A stretch of DNA of 63,540 bases, counting the filler, from Lenisia limosa (taxonomy: Eukaryota; Protista; Breviatea): assembly GCA_001655205.1 (NCBI GenBank). It is 8 parts of 8 records of this genome, joined end to end, with 100 filler letters (N's around TTAATTAATTAA, not from the genome) between each part and the next. Parts side by side here need not be neighbours in the genome. Positions count along the whole stretch, not along the records: positions 1 to 13,670 come from LPNZ01004443.1; 7 more parts are not named here. One strand, 5' to 3'. Positions within the stretch are counted from its first letter, which is position 1, and each line of letters begins with the position of its first letter. Positions 1 to 11,593 of this stretch are shown here, piece by piece. The notes under the pieces were generated by a model, which saw only the letters and a list, made by a program, of their open reading frames with translations, had not been told where the DNA came from and did not search any database. The translations under genes were made by a program, and so were the position numbers.

Positions 1-53
1 AGTTGATTTTGGCTTTTTATTTCATAAGTTGTCTCTTTTTACCCCCCTCCCAG

Positions 54-3000
54 ACCCTTGTGCCAAGGCCCCAGCCGAATGCGGGAAGTTGAACCGAAAA
101 GCTTGCACCTCAAGTCAAGTCCAGGCGGCCGGGGGGAAGGACATGTGTGGCCCTTGTGTGACCGGAAATATGCCCTCTGATGGCGAGAGTGAAAACTTCG
201 GTGTTAAGATTTGTACTAGTACGCTGCGGAATAATTATATGAATCAGTGTTATCTATCAGTCATGTCTTTTTCAGTATTCTTTTGAAACATAGTTATGTG
301 GGCTTCAGCCTGGCACAACCTTTTATCATTCCTCATTCTTGTCTATCATACAATTGGCAATTATAACTATGTTACAATCTTGCCTCTTTTTGATTATTAT
401 TACAGACCGCTGTTCTGGGGCCCCGACGGCCGAAGTTTGTGCTGGAAGAAACAGAAACACGTGTCAGGTGAGCGCGAAATACAACTATTTTCCACTTGCG
501 CACCCCCACGGTCTTATTCACGGATTTCAGGTTTCGGATGTTGACCAGCCGAGTGGGCAATGCGGCCTTTGTCTCAACGGTTACGGAGCCACCTCCGAGG
601 TTCGATCCGATATTAAACTAATAATATGATATGATGATCGTGTAATAGCGGTACTTGTACTTTAGACAAATTCAAAGTCAGTTTTTTAGACAAATTCAAA
701 GTCAGTTTTATTTTTCGCACTTTCTCCTATTTAGCAAGCAGGTTGTGCGTGTGTGATAAGGAATACATACTATCATCAATAGATATCTATTAAACGTGAT
801 GGTGTACACGGCTTCTGACAAATTTGTCTTTTTGAAACTGATTTTGCCTTTGTTTTCTGATGATAATTCTGTTTAGTCCGCTGATAGGGCAGGCATGGAG
901 ACCTGTGAAAGTAGGCGGTTATATTGGGTCGCTAGTCTCTTTGTTGGGGATGTGATGTATCCCTTTTCCCCCTTCTTCAATCATTTCACAAATAAACACT
1001 TTTTTTTTTGGATCTGATTCCCAAAATGACCTGTTAGACCCCTGTTTGAACGCCCCGAAATGCTCGGACCTCAATAGAGCGGACTGCATGCGGACAACTG
1101 CCCAGGTTTGCGCAAGTGCCTATCTCAGAATTTGAGGTTGATCATTAAAGAGCTTCACTTTTGGTTTTGGCAAAAGACAGAAATGAAATCTCAATGACAG
1201 AAATGAAATCTCAATGAATCCTCGATAAATATTGATATTTATCATGTCTTTTGAAACCGAAAGTGAAGCTCCATGTCATAATAATCCACGATTTTTTCGT
1301 TCTTTTCAGAGAATGTAGTTGTCAAAAAGCATTTAGTGGAGTGATAGTGTTAACCAGATTGTAGATGGCGCATAGGGACCAGTGTGGCAAGTGCAAAAAC
1401 AACTTCGTTGCGGATAACAATGACTTCGGCAAGACCCTTTGTATTGGTTTGAGGGGAATTGTGATTCAGTTTACATTATATGAGCCATGAAAACATTTTC
1501 GTTACTGTTCTCATTGTGTGGGCTTGTATTGAATATTTTGAATAGCTATGGATAATATATACTACTATGTAGAATATATTATGTTTCATACACAATTTTT
1601 ATATTATTAGATAGTGACTTTATCAACAATGAAAGAGGCGTTCTCATCCTTTAGATGTTTGTGCCAATGCCCCGCAATGTGGTCCTTTGAACAGAGAGCC
1701 CTGTTTGAGAGCATCAAGCTGGGTAGGCTTTATCACAGGCCCTTTTGAACTCAGGATATACATGTATATATACTAGGATATATACATATATATGCATATA
1801 CTATATGTATAATATGGATTTATTATATACTGTACATGTATAAAGTAGATGATATTGAGTTTTGTGTCATTTTTTAATTTTTCGTTTATTTATACTGTCA
1901 TACCATAAATAATATCGAGGGATACAATTATGTCATCGCCATTTCTATGAGGGTGATGTGAAATACTTGCGCGATCTAAATTAGATGCTCAAAAGCCGGT
2001 CCTTCTGTTTCTTGCCTAAAAAGGTTCTAACAATCCTAACGAACTTCAGCTTTCGCATCCCGATCGCTGCGGTGCCTGTAAAGAGGTTGGTGCCCTCAAG
2101 GGATTATTTGGACTCTGTAATTGATTATTGAAAGAAATTGTTACTTATAAAGTGTCTGAAATGGTATTATTTTAGTAAAGCCACACTTGAAACTTTCATC
2201 TCAAATCAATTAAGTTCAAAGCTGCGTTTTGTTGTAGATTTAGTTATATCCCCTCTGGCTTCAATAACGGTTTTAGTCTTTCTTCTCCACTAACCCTAAT
2301 GAAGTGGAGACTGGAGTCTCTAGCTGCATCCGTAAGCAACAGTGATGAAGAAAATACTATGCTTGTTTTCCCGTAATTGTTTTTTTGTTTGTCGCAATAT
2401 TTGAACATGGAGAAGGATTTCATTTATCAAGGAAGAGACATGCAATATGATGTAATACCTTGGTTAATTTTGTCTTCCTTCTGTGAATTTGTTTTCAAAT
2501 ATATACTATCTATATTTTCCATATACTATACATACAATACATGTAAGTGCTTCACTGCCCCAAAATTAACTCCTGCAGAACCCTGTACCAACCCCGTTTC
2601 TGAAGAAGATTGCGAAGAACTGTTCCGCAAGCCTTGTGAGAACAATATTGCCCAGGTTTGTGTTAATTGATTCTGGGGGACAGTATTGCCCAGGTCCGGT
2701 GTGACCTATAATATTTAAATATGTACTACAGAAACAAAACAATGCTGTGCTATGTTGTGACAATTTAGACCCCCCAGCCAAACAAGTGCGGAACATGCCT
2801 GGACTTATACCGAGAGCAGAAGGGGAAGCTCAACAGGGAATTGCCTTGTGGTGGGTGTTGGTCTTGACCAAGGTTTTAATGCATTAGAAAAGATCCCCGT
2901 TTGTGACGAAAAAAAGTGCATCACCCTCCACCGCATCAAGTGTCCTGATGATTCCGAGGTGAGACTCCCTCGCTTTTGTATTCAGTGGCCGTACTTGATC

Positions 3001-4531
3001 TTTCCGTTTTTCCTTTTGTGCAATATTGCAACAATGTTAGTGCCAGCTGACTCTGTTCCGTTTTTGTTTTCACTAGTGAAGTATTTGGCAAACTGTTAAC
3101 TTTGTAACGGCTTCATTGTGTTAACTGATTACTTTAGACTTGTGGTGCGTGTTTGGCTGAATACTCTGAGAACAAAAACGGAGAATGCATCTCAGGTAAG
3201 CATTAGTGACACAATTAGCTTGGTTAAGTCCATTTCAAGAAGTATCTATATGAGTATTTTAGTGTATCTCAGTGTGTTATTATAAGGGCTTCCCCCAAGT
3301 CCGAAAAACATTGATACAATATCGAGATTTATCGAGGATATATCGAGATATTCCGTCTATTTTGGGACTGAAGGGAAGACCTTGACCTCTTCTGTTGCAT
3401 TGTCACACCATTTCCTTTTGATGATGATGTTCTGAATAACGATCTTAGATTATTGGTTCATATTGTACTCAGTATCCTTTGATAGTGGGGTTACGTAAGC
3501 CATATGTAAACATGATGCTGTGGACGGCTTCAGTACAACCTTGATCTTGATTTCACCTCTTAGACCACGCGAAGTGTGAGCTGCGATGTGATGACCTCAA
3601 CCGCTCCCCTTGCAGTGTAGATGATTTGACTGTATTTGGGTGCTAACTACGAACTGCATTCTTCTAGATTTTGATGACATCAACAAATACTCTTTTTGAA
3701 CTGAACGGAATCTCGTCAAAGCGAGTTCTGAGCTTCAGATTTATTACTCTGAAGCTCAGAACTGGCTATCCAATAATTTGCCTTCTGCTGTTGGAGGCAA
3801 TAAGCTTTATTTTCCAGGTTTGTGGCGCATGTTTGCCTGGCTATACACCCGAGGGTGGAAGCAACTCCCAGTGCTCATGTAAGTGTGGGTGATATGTTGA
3901 GACGGGAAATGAAGTGTGGGTCGTGTGTAAGGCTTCACTTCGGTTCGGGAAAATATCGATAGTTTTGGAGGATTTATCGAGAAATTCAGTTTTTTTTCTA
4001 ACTGAAGTGAAGCACTAGTTGTATGGCCAGGCATGGGTGATAATTATGGTATCATTGTATTACCCTTAAAACAGTCCCACAAAATCTCTTACCACGTTAT
4101 TTTTTCACTCATCCCGCAGTCACGCACACCTTTGGTTCAACTAGTATTGCGGGCATCATCTTCGTGGGGCTTATCATGGCCATGTGTGTTGGCGGATTCA
4201 CCCTCGGCTATAAGAAGCGAGTCAAGATCTCAGGTGAGTTGTGGCATTATGATGTTTGCTTGCTCCGAGCTTCTCTTTTATCTTTCAACTTTTCCTTTTT
4301 GTCACCCTTCTCAAAATGATAGTGTCTTACTCTTCGCTCACACAAGCTTACATATTATACTGATTAACCCCTTGTTTCTTATGAAAGACGTGTTAGTGTT
4401 TCGAATTCCATCATGATATGCCTTCCGTACTCTGACCTAGCCATGCAACCAGTTCTCACCCTGCAGCAATTGTGGACCAGCAGCGCGGTAAATATGAGGA
4501 ACTTCAACGAAGGAGATCCACCCAGCTGTAA
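54..4531 (+). CDS. Cysteine-rich type I membrane protein with at least 7 tandem C-x-C-xx-LNR-xx-C...CG-x-C modules (5' end outside window, last exon uncertain)
   Basis: Stitched GT-AG exons, e.g. DPCAKAPAECGKLNRKAC..CGPC, DPCLNAPKCSDLNRADC, VCDEKKCITLHRIKCPDDSE|TCGACLAEYSENKNGEC, DHAKCELRCDDLNRSPC|VCGACLPGY; TM exon 4121-4232 SIAGIIFVGLIMAMCVGGFTLGYKKR. Confidence 0.8.
1150..1271. mobile_element. Family A MITE (with internal 20-bp duplication)
   Basis: gagcttcacttttggttt...aaaccgaaagtgaagctc inverted termini; intronic. Confidence 0.8.
3284..3383. mobile_element. Family A MITE (cttccc subtype)
   Basis: aagggcttccc...gggaagacctt; core atatcgagatttatcgagg. Confidence 0.75.
3929..4018. mobile_element. 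Family A MITE
   Basis: ggcttcacttcggtt...aactgaagtgaagc. Confidence 0.85.
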
Positions 4532-5003
4532 TTTTATTTTGGAATCTATGCATCTTTCTTTTTCTAACATGGCTCTATCATTTAACCCTCTCATCTCCTC
4601 TCTGACCGAAATTACTAATTTGTATCATAGTACGAACTTATGTTTCCACTTTACCATACTGTTTCTCTATCATAAGTTCGTCGTGCAATGATGTAAAGCC
4701 TCTTATCCTCAGGCCCCGCTCCCCGACTCTTGGGAGTGGGCTTAGGAGCATACGGATATATAATTGGGTATAGTACATATATATATATATATATATATGT
4801 ATAATATAGCAATACCATAAATATAATTAACATAAACCCCGCAGAGAGGTGGGTATGATTAAATAAAGTAATGTCGCGTAATTCCCGTCCCAGGCTGGTT
4901 GAGAAAATACAAAAAAAAAAAAGAAAAAAAAAACNNNNNNNNNNNNNNNNNNNNNNNNNNNNNNNNNNNNGTTTTGGAGTTGGTTTTAAATTGACGACAC
5001 ACC

Positions 5004-8000
5004 ATGAGTGGAGGCGACGAGATTGCGGACATTCTTGGTGACGATGGTGGCTTCGGCGACGTGGACTTCTCTGACCAAGACATCGAAGCCTCTGACAATG
5101 AGGGCAGCGAGGGGCACAGTGAGCATGATGGCGACGATGTTGCTGAGCCAGAGGTGATTGTTGAGGATAATGAGGTTGAGGTTGAGGAGGATATCCAGGA
5201 GAAGAAGGAAGAGGTGAAGGAAGAGGTGAAGGAAGAAGTGAAGGAAGAGGTGAAGGAAGAGGTGAAGGAAGAGGTAAAGGAAGAAGCGAAGGAGGAGGAA
5301 ACGCAAAAGGAGGAAGAAGCTGAGAAGGCTGAGGAGGACTTCAAGATCGACGATGGTGATGATGAAGACGATTTTGGCTTTGGTGGCGGGCGGTCGGAGC
5401 CTGAGAAGGAAGAAGAGGAGGAGTCTGACAAAGATTTTCAACCTATGAGCGAATCGGAAGGTATGGACTCCTCTCCTTCATCCTCTTTGTCTCTTATCGT
5501 TGAATTAACATATTTAGACGAGCAAAAAGGAGTCCTCCCTACCCCAGCTGAAGATACCCCTTTCCCCGAAACCCACATGCCAGATGCAGCATCAACTGAT
5601 GATGAGCCTGCCCTCCTCCTTCCCCCTGATCATTTGACTTCCGAGGTCAGTGTTAAACTTACAGCAGGATTTGTAAACAATAGAAGCTCTAGTTTGATTG
5701 TTTTAGGAAGACATGCTTGCCAACTTGAAGCGTTGCCGTGATAACTATGCCCAAGTTGTTGAGACTGCTCGCACCTCCTTCGACCTTCTTACTGCCGTCC
5801 TTGAAGGCGACAGCATGGATGAGAAGAATATGGCGATTCTCGATGCCAAGGAATGTCTCCACACCATTGCCCTTTCCGTAGCTGACCAGTGTATGCTGGG
5901 AGTCTGTTCATCAATGCTCTTATTTCCGTATCAACAGTGTCCGAGAAAGTCTGATCTCTTTTGTGGGGAAATAGCATGGGATTTTGTCTCGAGGTACTTT
6001 TGTGTGACAATGGAAAGTTCTCCTTATTAATGTTTGGCTGTGTTGGCTTCCTCATCTAAACAACAACTCTTCGTTCCTTCTTGATTTGTTAATTGTACTC
6101 ACACAACTTTTCTTACTTTCCTCTCTTTTTGTTGATTCAGAAAATACTCTATTCTCTCTTCCAAATCTGCTTATATATTCCCCAATTTAAAGCTCTTCTT
6201 TCTCTTCGTTACTCCATTGTCTTTAATGTCTCTCGTCTCACTTGTATCTCACTACACAGTTGAAGACGTGAACTCCACCATCAGCCGTGTCGAAAGCGAC
6301 GCAAACAAGGACAGAAGGGCTCGGATCAAGAAAGACGTGGTTGTTGACGAGATCTTCGCAAGTGCGGCGGCGGAGTTGAGGGTTCTCCGAGAAACAATTG
6401 AGTTCTCAAATTCGTAGGAGGGCTGTGTTTTCTCATGGTTTGACAAAGACCCATACATTTTCGATAATTCGAAGATTTACCAAGAAATATCATGTTTAAA
6501 CAGCAACACACATTATCCCTTATTGTTTAACTTCTTCCCCTTTAGGAATGTTGGCCGCAAGCAGGTGGCAGGATCCCGACCCTCCACGCCCCGCAAACCC
6601 AGCAAACAACCGTCAGGTGAACCTCAGGTGTCAGACTACACGAGAAGTGAATATGAGCGTTTGTGGACTTTCAGAAATTCTTTTACACTCTGACGTTATT
6701 TCATGTTTCTTTTAATTTTCTCACACACCTTGGAATTATCGATAAATTCTAGGCATTTTCTCGTCTCTTTGGATGTTCTCACACTATAATACACTATCCT
6801 TAATAATCAAGATTTAGACGGCTTCGGCCAGAGATAATCCCGTCTGATTTATGCACAGATACGATCAACCTCCAAGCGGGGACTGTGAGTGCATTGGAGC
6901 GTGACATGGCCAAGTACAAGATCGACAATGAAAAGCTCAGCAAACAAAATATCGAGTTAAAGAGAAAGCAAAGGTTGGATGGATTGCTTATTGGAATAGT
7001 AGAGGATTTATTTGAATTAGCAATTTTACCTTCACGCTTTATAAACTTTTAGCTATGCTACAGGTACCTCAACTCATATCCCCCCAACCTAGCCATGAAA
7101 GCGAAGGCTTCCTTTGTTCTGAAAAAGACTGGATTTTTCGATGAATCTTCGAAAACTATCGATACTTCAGCTCTTTTTGGGACCGGAGTGAAGCCTTAAT
7201 TAAAGCAATTGTTAATACCTTTTAGGAATATGACATCAGAGCAAGACAGAACCATTAAAAAAATAAAGGATGAGTTTTCTGACAAGCTGGTTTCTGCCAA
7301 AAAAGATTGTTTGTTGGGTGATAAACTGATAAACATCCAGTGACTGGGATAAGTCTTGACCGGGATAAGTCTTGACCGATTTGCAATGACCCCGGTCACT
7401 GTATAATGTTTGTTGCCTCACACTATACGCTTACTTTTTGCTTATAGAGTGATACCGCCATGAACAATTATTACTTTAATATATTCAATGCCACCTTTTT
7501 TCATTTAATTCAGTCAACCAAGAACTGAGAAGGAGAGAAATGCAGTTTGAAATTGACATCAAGCATGCCAAAAAGTTGGGGGGGAGGGGGGGAGGGTCAT
7601 ATTTCCTGCTCTGCATTTATCAAGGTAAAAAGTCAATATTTTCAGAATAGATCGAGAAATAATTTTTTTTAATGGAGCAGCGAAATCAGTTTTACTTTCT
7701 TTTTGCATGAGAGTTCAATTCTTACATCTTTTAGGGAAGCTGAGCATGAAAGGCGGTCATTACTTTCTCTTCACAATTTGGAGATGGATGAGCTCAAACT
7801 GGCAAGTGCTGCCAAGGTATAGGTGGTATATTAACTAGTCAAGGCTAGATGGTATGTATGTATATGATATATGATACATGTATGATAGGGAGGTAAGCAT
7901 ATTGTAGCTGTGTGTGAAGGGAGTTTTATGCAAACACTAAAGACTAAGAATGAACCAATTATTGTGATAATATAGTATACTTTTTGAATATCACGAATCC

Positions 8001-8474
8001 AGGCTCTCCTTCTCGAAAAAGAGGTTTCGGCTTTGATCGCTAATCTGGATGTCACGGGTGGAACCGGGAAGGTGGGACTTCTCAGATACCATTCATATTG
8101 TTAACACACTAAACACTTTTACTCTTGTTTCCCATCACTTTATTTCCTGTTCCCTTGTTTTTCCATCACTTTCAAGCTAAGACCCTCTACCCCAGTCAAG
8201 GGACAAACACGAGCTACTCCAAGACAAGGTCAGAATTGTTTTTCCTGTTTCAATTTTAGTATTACAAAATTGCAGCGGTATTGCAAGACAGTTTTCTAAT
8301 CTTATCAAATCCCAACTTCTCTTCCCCTTTTGGTAATCATAACCAGGCCCTCGCCCCACTTCTGCCAATGTGACAGAAAAGCCGCGCTTTAAGGTGTCGG
8401 AGAAGGAAAGGAAAAAGCGTAGGCCAACTTCACCATCAATCATCCTAGCCTTAGCTTTCTTACGGTTTCATTAA
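5004..8474 (+). CDS. Hypothetical protein: acidic N-terminus with KEEV repeats, C-terminal coiled coil
   Basis: ATG at 5004 with long acidic ORF; phase-consistent exons MLANLKRCRDNYAQVVET, VEDVNSTISRVESD, ALERDMAKYKIDNEKLSKQNIELKRKQR|NMTSEQDRTIKKIKDE, EAEHERRSLLSLHNLEMDELK; 3' end approximate. Confidence 0.7.
5205..5290 (+). repeat. Coding 12-nt tandem repeat (KEEV)n
   Basis: gaagaggtgaag repeated about 6 times. Confidence 0.9.
7104..7197. mobile_element. Family A MITE (core reversed)
   Basis: aaggcttc...gtgaagcctt with reverse-complement core. Confidence 0.75.
7338..7401. mobile_element. Family C MITE (Tc1/mariner-like termini)
   Basis: cagtgactggg...cccggtcactg followed by TA. Confidence 0.75.
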
Positions 8475-8977
8475 ACAATGAGAACTGAAAGTTGCTCTAT
8501 ATCCTTAAGAAATAAAACAATAAATCAACACTACCGACAGTATCTTACTCTCGCAGATGGTATTCCTGACTACTCTTATGTGAAATCGAAGATCTAAGTT
8601 ATTGAGTTGGTTGAGATCGAGAAATGTACATTACTATTTATTCTCATCTAACCAGAATCATATCAAGCATCATATCATCTTAACACTCATCTAAATATTA
8701 GCATACTATACTGTTTTGGGGTCATTATGATACTGACCAAGCAATAATTAGAGAAAACCTAAATCACACAAGCGAGCCAGGTTTTGGAACTATAACCCAT
8801 GCATGTCCAACTACAGGGACTGGGGATCTCTAATCAAATTACACAAATTCCGGTCCGGGGTCATCTCTAGCCTTCTGCGCTCAAAAAAACGATTTTCAGA
8901 ACACCGCACAAATCCACAATCACAAATCACTCATCACTATAACCCTCCCCCAATAACCACGGCCCCTTCTTTTACAA

Positions 8978-9988
8978 ATGCAGGTTCTTGAATGGCCTGA
9001 CATAGAGAGTTTAGCAAGTAACTTGGAGAATCTTTGTACGTTATATTGGAGTTTAGCAATAGGAGTGTTTCTTTGGCTCAACTATCAGCAATCATCACTC
9101 GTCACATTTGGAAAACTTCAGTCCCCTTCTCATCACCAGTGTAAGCCTTATAATATTGTTTGAATCATATTATTAGCCAGTAGACTGACTATTGATCATG
9201 GTTGGGGTTTTACTACCTTCTACATCACTGGCTTTATTGTAACTATTGCAATTGTAGCTACTTCTGTAAGTGTTCTTCTTTCGCTTGATCTTTTAGTGTC
9301 TGTATTTTCATAATTGTCCCATTCAATTGTTTTCCCTCTTGCTCTTTGCGTTACAAGTGAGACGTTAAAGTTGTTTACAAAAATAGACTGGGAGACGTGT
9401 AATCGAGTGTTTTGGAATTCACATCTTTTCTCAACAAAGAATGGAACTGATCAACTTTGTTGCAGGTGTGTTTCAGTAAGCATCTTCACACAACAGGAAT
9501 TTCATTTTATTGTGCAACTGCAACAACCTTAAGTCTGCCTCTCCTGAGAATTACCAACCAAAACTTGCCTTTTCTCTCAATTCTGTCCAACCATTATATT
9601 ATTCTTGTTCTTTTTGCTCTATTCAGTTTTGGGCAGTTTCATCATCACGCTAAACTCGCAAACTTGAGGAAAAGCGCAGAAAGTTTGTTGCAGCCTTTTG
9701 GTTAGTTACTCCTCTAGGTCGTTACAGTATGCCATCAGGGTTTATCGCCTCAAGAATATCCTGTCCTCATTATTCATTTGAAATTGGTCTGTATTTTCTC
9801 ATTTGCTTGGTGTATCCTTCGCTACCGTCCACGTACGCTGATCTCTCTCGGCGTTGCTGATTTAAACTTGTAGATTGGCTTTATTGTTTGTGATCATCAA
9901 CGTTGTTGACAGGGCAAAAAAAACGCAAGAGTGGACAATCAAGAAATTTGGAGGCCCTTCATACTGTCTTATTCCTAATGTATTGTAG
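8978..9988 (+). CDS. Polyprenol reductase / steroid 5-alpha reductase family protein (SRD5A3/DFG10-like); start uncertain, possibly near 8803
   Basis: Exons give QFHHHAKLANLRKS..|GRYSMPSGFIASRISCPHYSFEIGLYF..|LALLFVIINVVDRAKKTQEWTIKKFGGPSYCLIPNVL*, matching the family H-x2-LA-x-LR and CPHY-x-E motifs. Confidence 0.8.
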
Positions 9989-11305
9989 CAATTTCTCAGG
10001 ATATGATTGTTCTCACAATTACCAATATCAAAAGAAACAACATATGATATCTACACAGGAATCCGATATCAACAAACTACTGCCGTAATCATACGAAAAA
10101 AAAACATAAAAATAATATAACATTAACAAATATATATATATACTAAAAACTAGTGCATTGAAAATAAATAGGAGAAATATTATTGTAAAATCATTAAAAA
10201 ATAACTACTATTTAGTACTTTTTTTTTTGTTTTAAAATAATACAATATATACTAGTAGTATTGAGATTCAACAGAGAAATATATTTTTATGTTAAGTAAA
10301 AAACATAATAGGTACAAATAATCATGGTAGCTATTATTTAAAATACTATTGATTGAAATTTTCATACTATAATGAAATATTTCAAAGATAATTATTTGTT
10401 TCATATATTTTTATTGGGAATATTTATATTCTACTTTTATTATTTTATAAATTTAATATTATTATTGTATTGTTTTTGAATAGGTTATTTTGCTTATTAG
10501 GACAGTAATTCTCATTCAGGTTGATCGGAATTTTTTGGTTTGTGGTAAAGTTAATTTGAGGTTGCTTCTTTTACGACTGGAAAAAAGATGAAGAGTTGGG
10601 TGGTTGAAGTCTCTGGGGTATTGATGGTAATGTACACATTAATGAAGACTTTTTTGAGGATAATATATTAAATGACAGACTCTAGTTCTGTTGTTGAAAA
10701 TTTCATTATAATGGTGCTGATAAAAATGATTTTGAGTGGTTGAAATAGTAAAAAAAAGGTTCATCCAATAGAGAATGGAATTTTTGGACAAATGAGTCGA
10801 AGTTTGTGAGTTGACAAGCCTTGATTGGGGAAGTATAGTGTTATGGATAGATGATGGAGGGGTGGGTTGTTACTCCACTCTATTCCAGACAAAGAGTTCA
10901 CCGCATGGGACCCTCATCATTGGCTCCCAGGCTACACTCACCTTCATCTCAGCCTACCACTCCCGCACAAGCCAAGCAGAGGAACTAAAAACCTTTCCCG
11001 GAAAACTCTCCCTCGTCTCCTTATTAGACGTTTTTCACAGACGCAGACGAACAGAGTTGGACGGACTGTCCTGATCGATGACGAAACCTTAGTCTTCTGG
11101 AGAAGAAGGACCCCCGACATCAATGGTTAGACCACAGACAGAGTGGAGACCATGCTATGTATGAATAGGGCTTGTACCAAGTGGTGACAATCTCCTTGGG
11201 GTCCACAGGTCTCCAAGATGGCTGGCCACGTCGACATTGGCACCAGATTCGGGAGCGAACCCCCCCAAACGAACTGCAGACTAAGAAGGGTGATGATATT
11301 GACGA

Positions 11306-11420
11306 AGTGGCATTCTTGCCTGATTGACAGCCTGATTGACCACCTGACTCTCATGTGATTTTGAGGAATGGCATTCTTGCCTGATTGACCACTTGACTTC
11401 CATGTGATTTTGACAAAGTG
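11306..11420. repeat. Imperfect ~55-bp tandem duplication
   Basis: tggcattcttgcctgattgac...ctcatgtgattttga twice. Confidence 0.85.
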
Positions 11421-11593
11421 GTGTTATTTGGACTGAATTTGGACCTGGCCTTGGAGTTTTTTAATTATAAGTATTCTGTAATATTTGCTTGAAATGATGA
11501 GAACGCAATATCAACTATCTTGCAACGTTAAAAGCCATCAAAAAAAACCCCATGTGCCCAGCTTGCGACAAAATCTTCATGAACTGAGAAAAG

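Noticed and set aside
3878-3930. Apparent in-frame TGA (CKCG*YVETGNE) suggesting stop-codon reassignment or selenocysteine
   Set aside because: A gtaagt donor precedes it. Similar cases at 17600 and 53930 resolve with alternative acceptors, and all three stop codons terminate genes
4859-5441. Long minus-strand Ser-rich and Phe/Leu-rich ORFs
   Set aside because: Antisense shadows of the acidic KEEV-repeat exon
7062-7190. Open frame YLNSYPP..KTIDTSALFGTG that looks like an exon
   Set aside because: It overlaps a family A MITE, and skipping it (6973 to 7226) gives the correct phase
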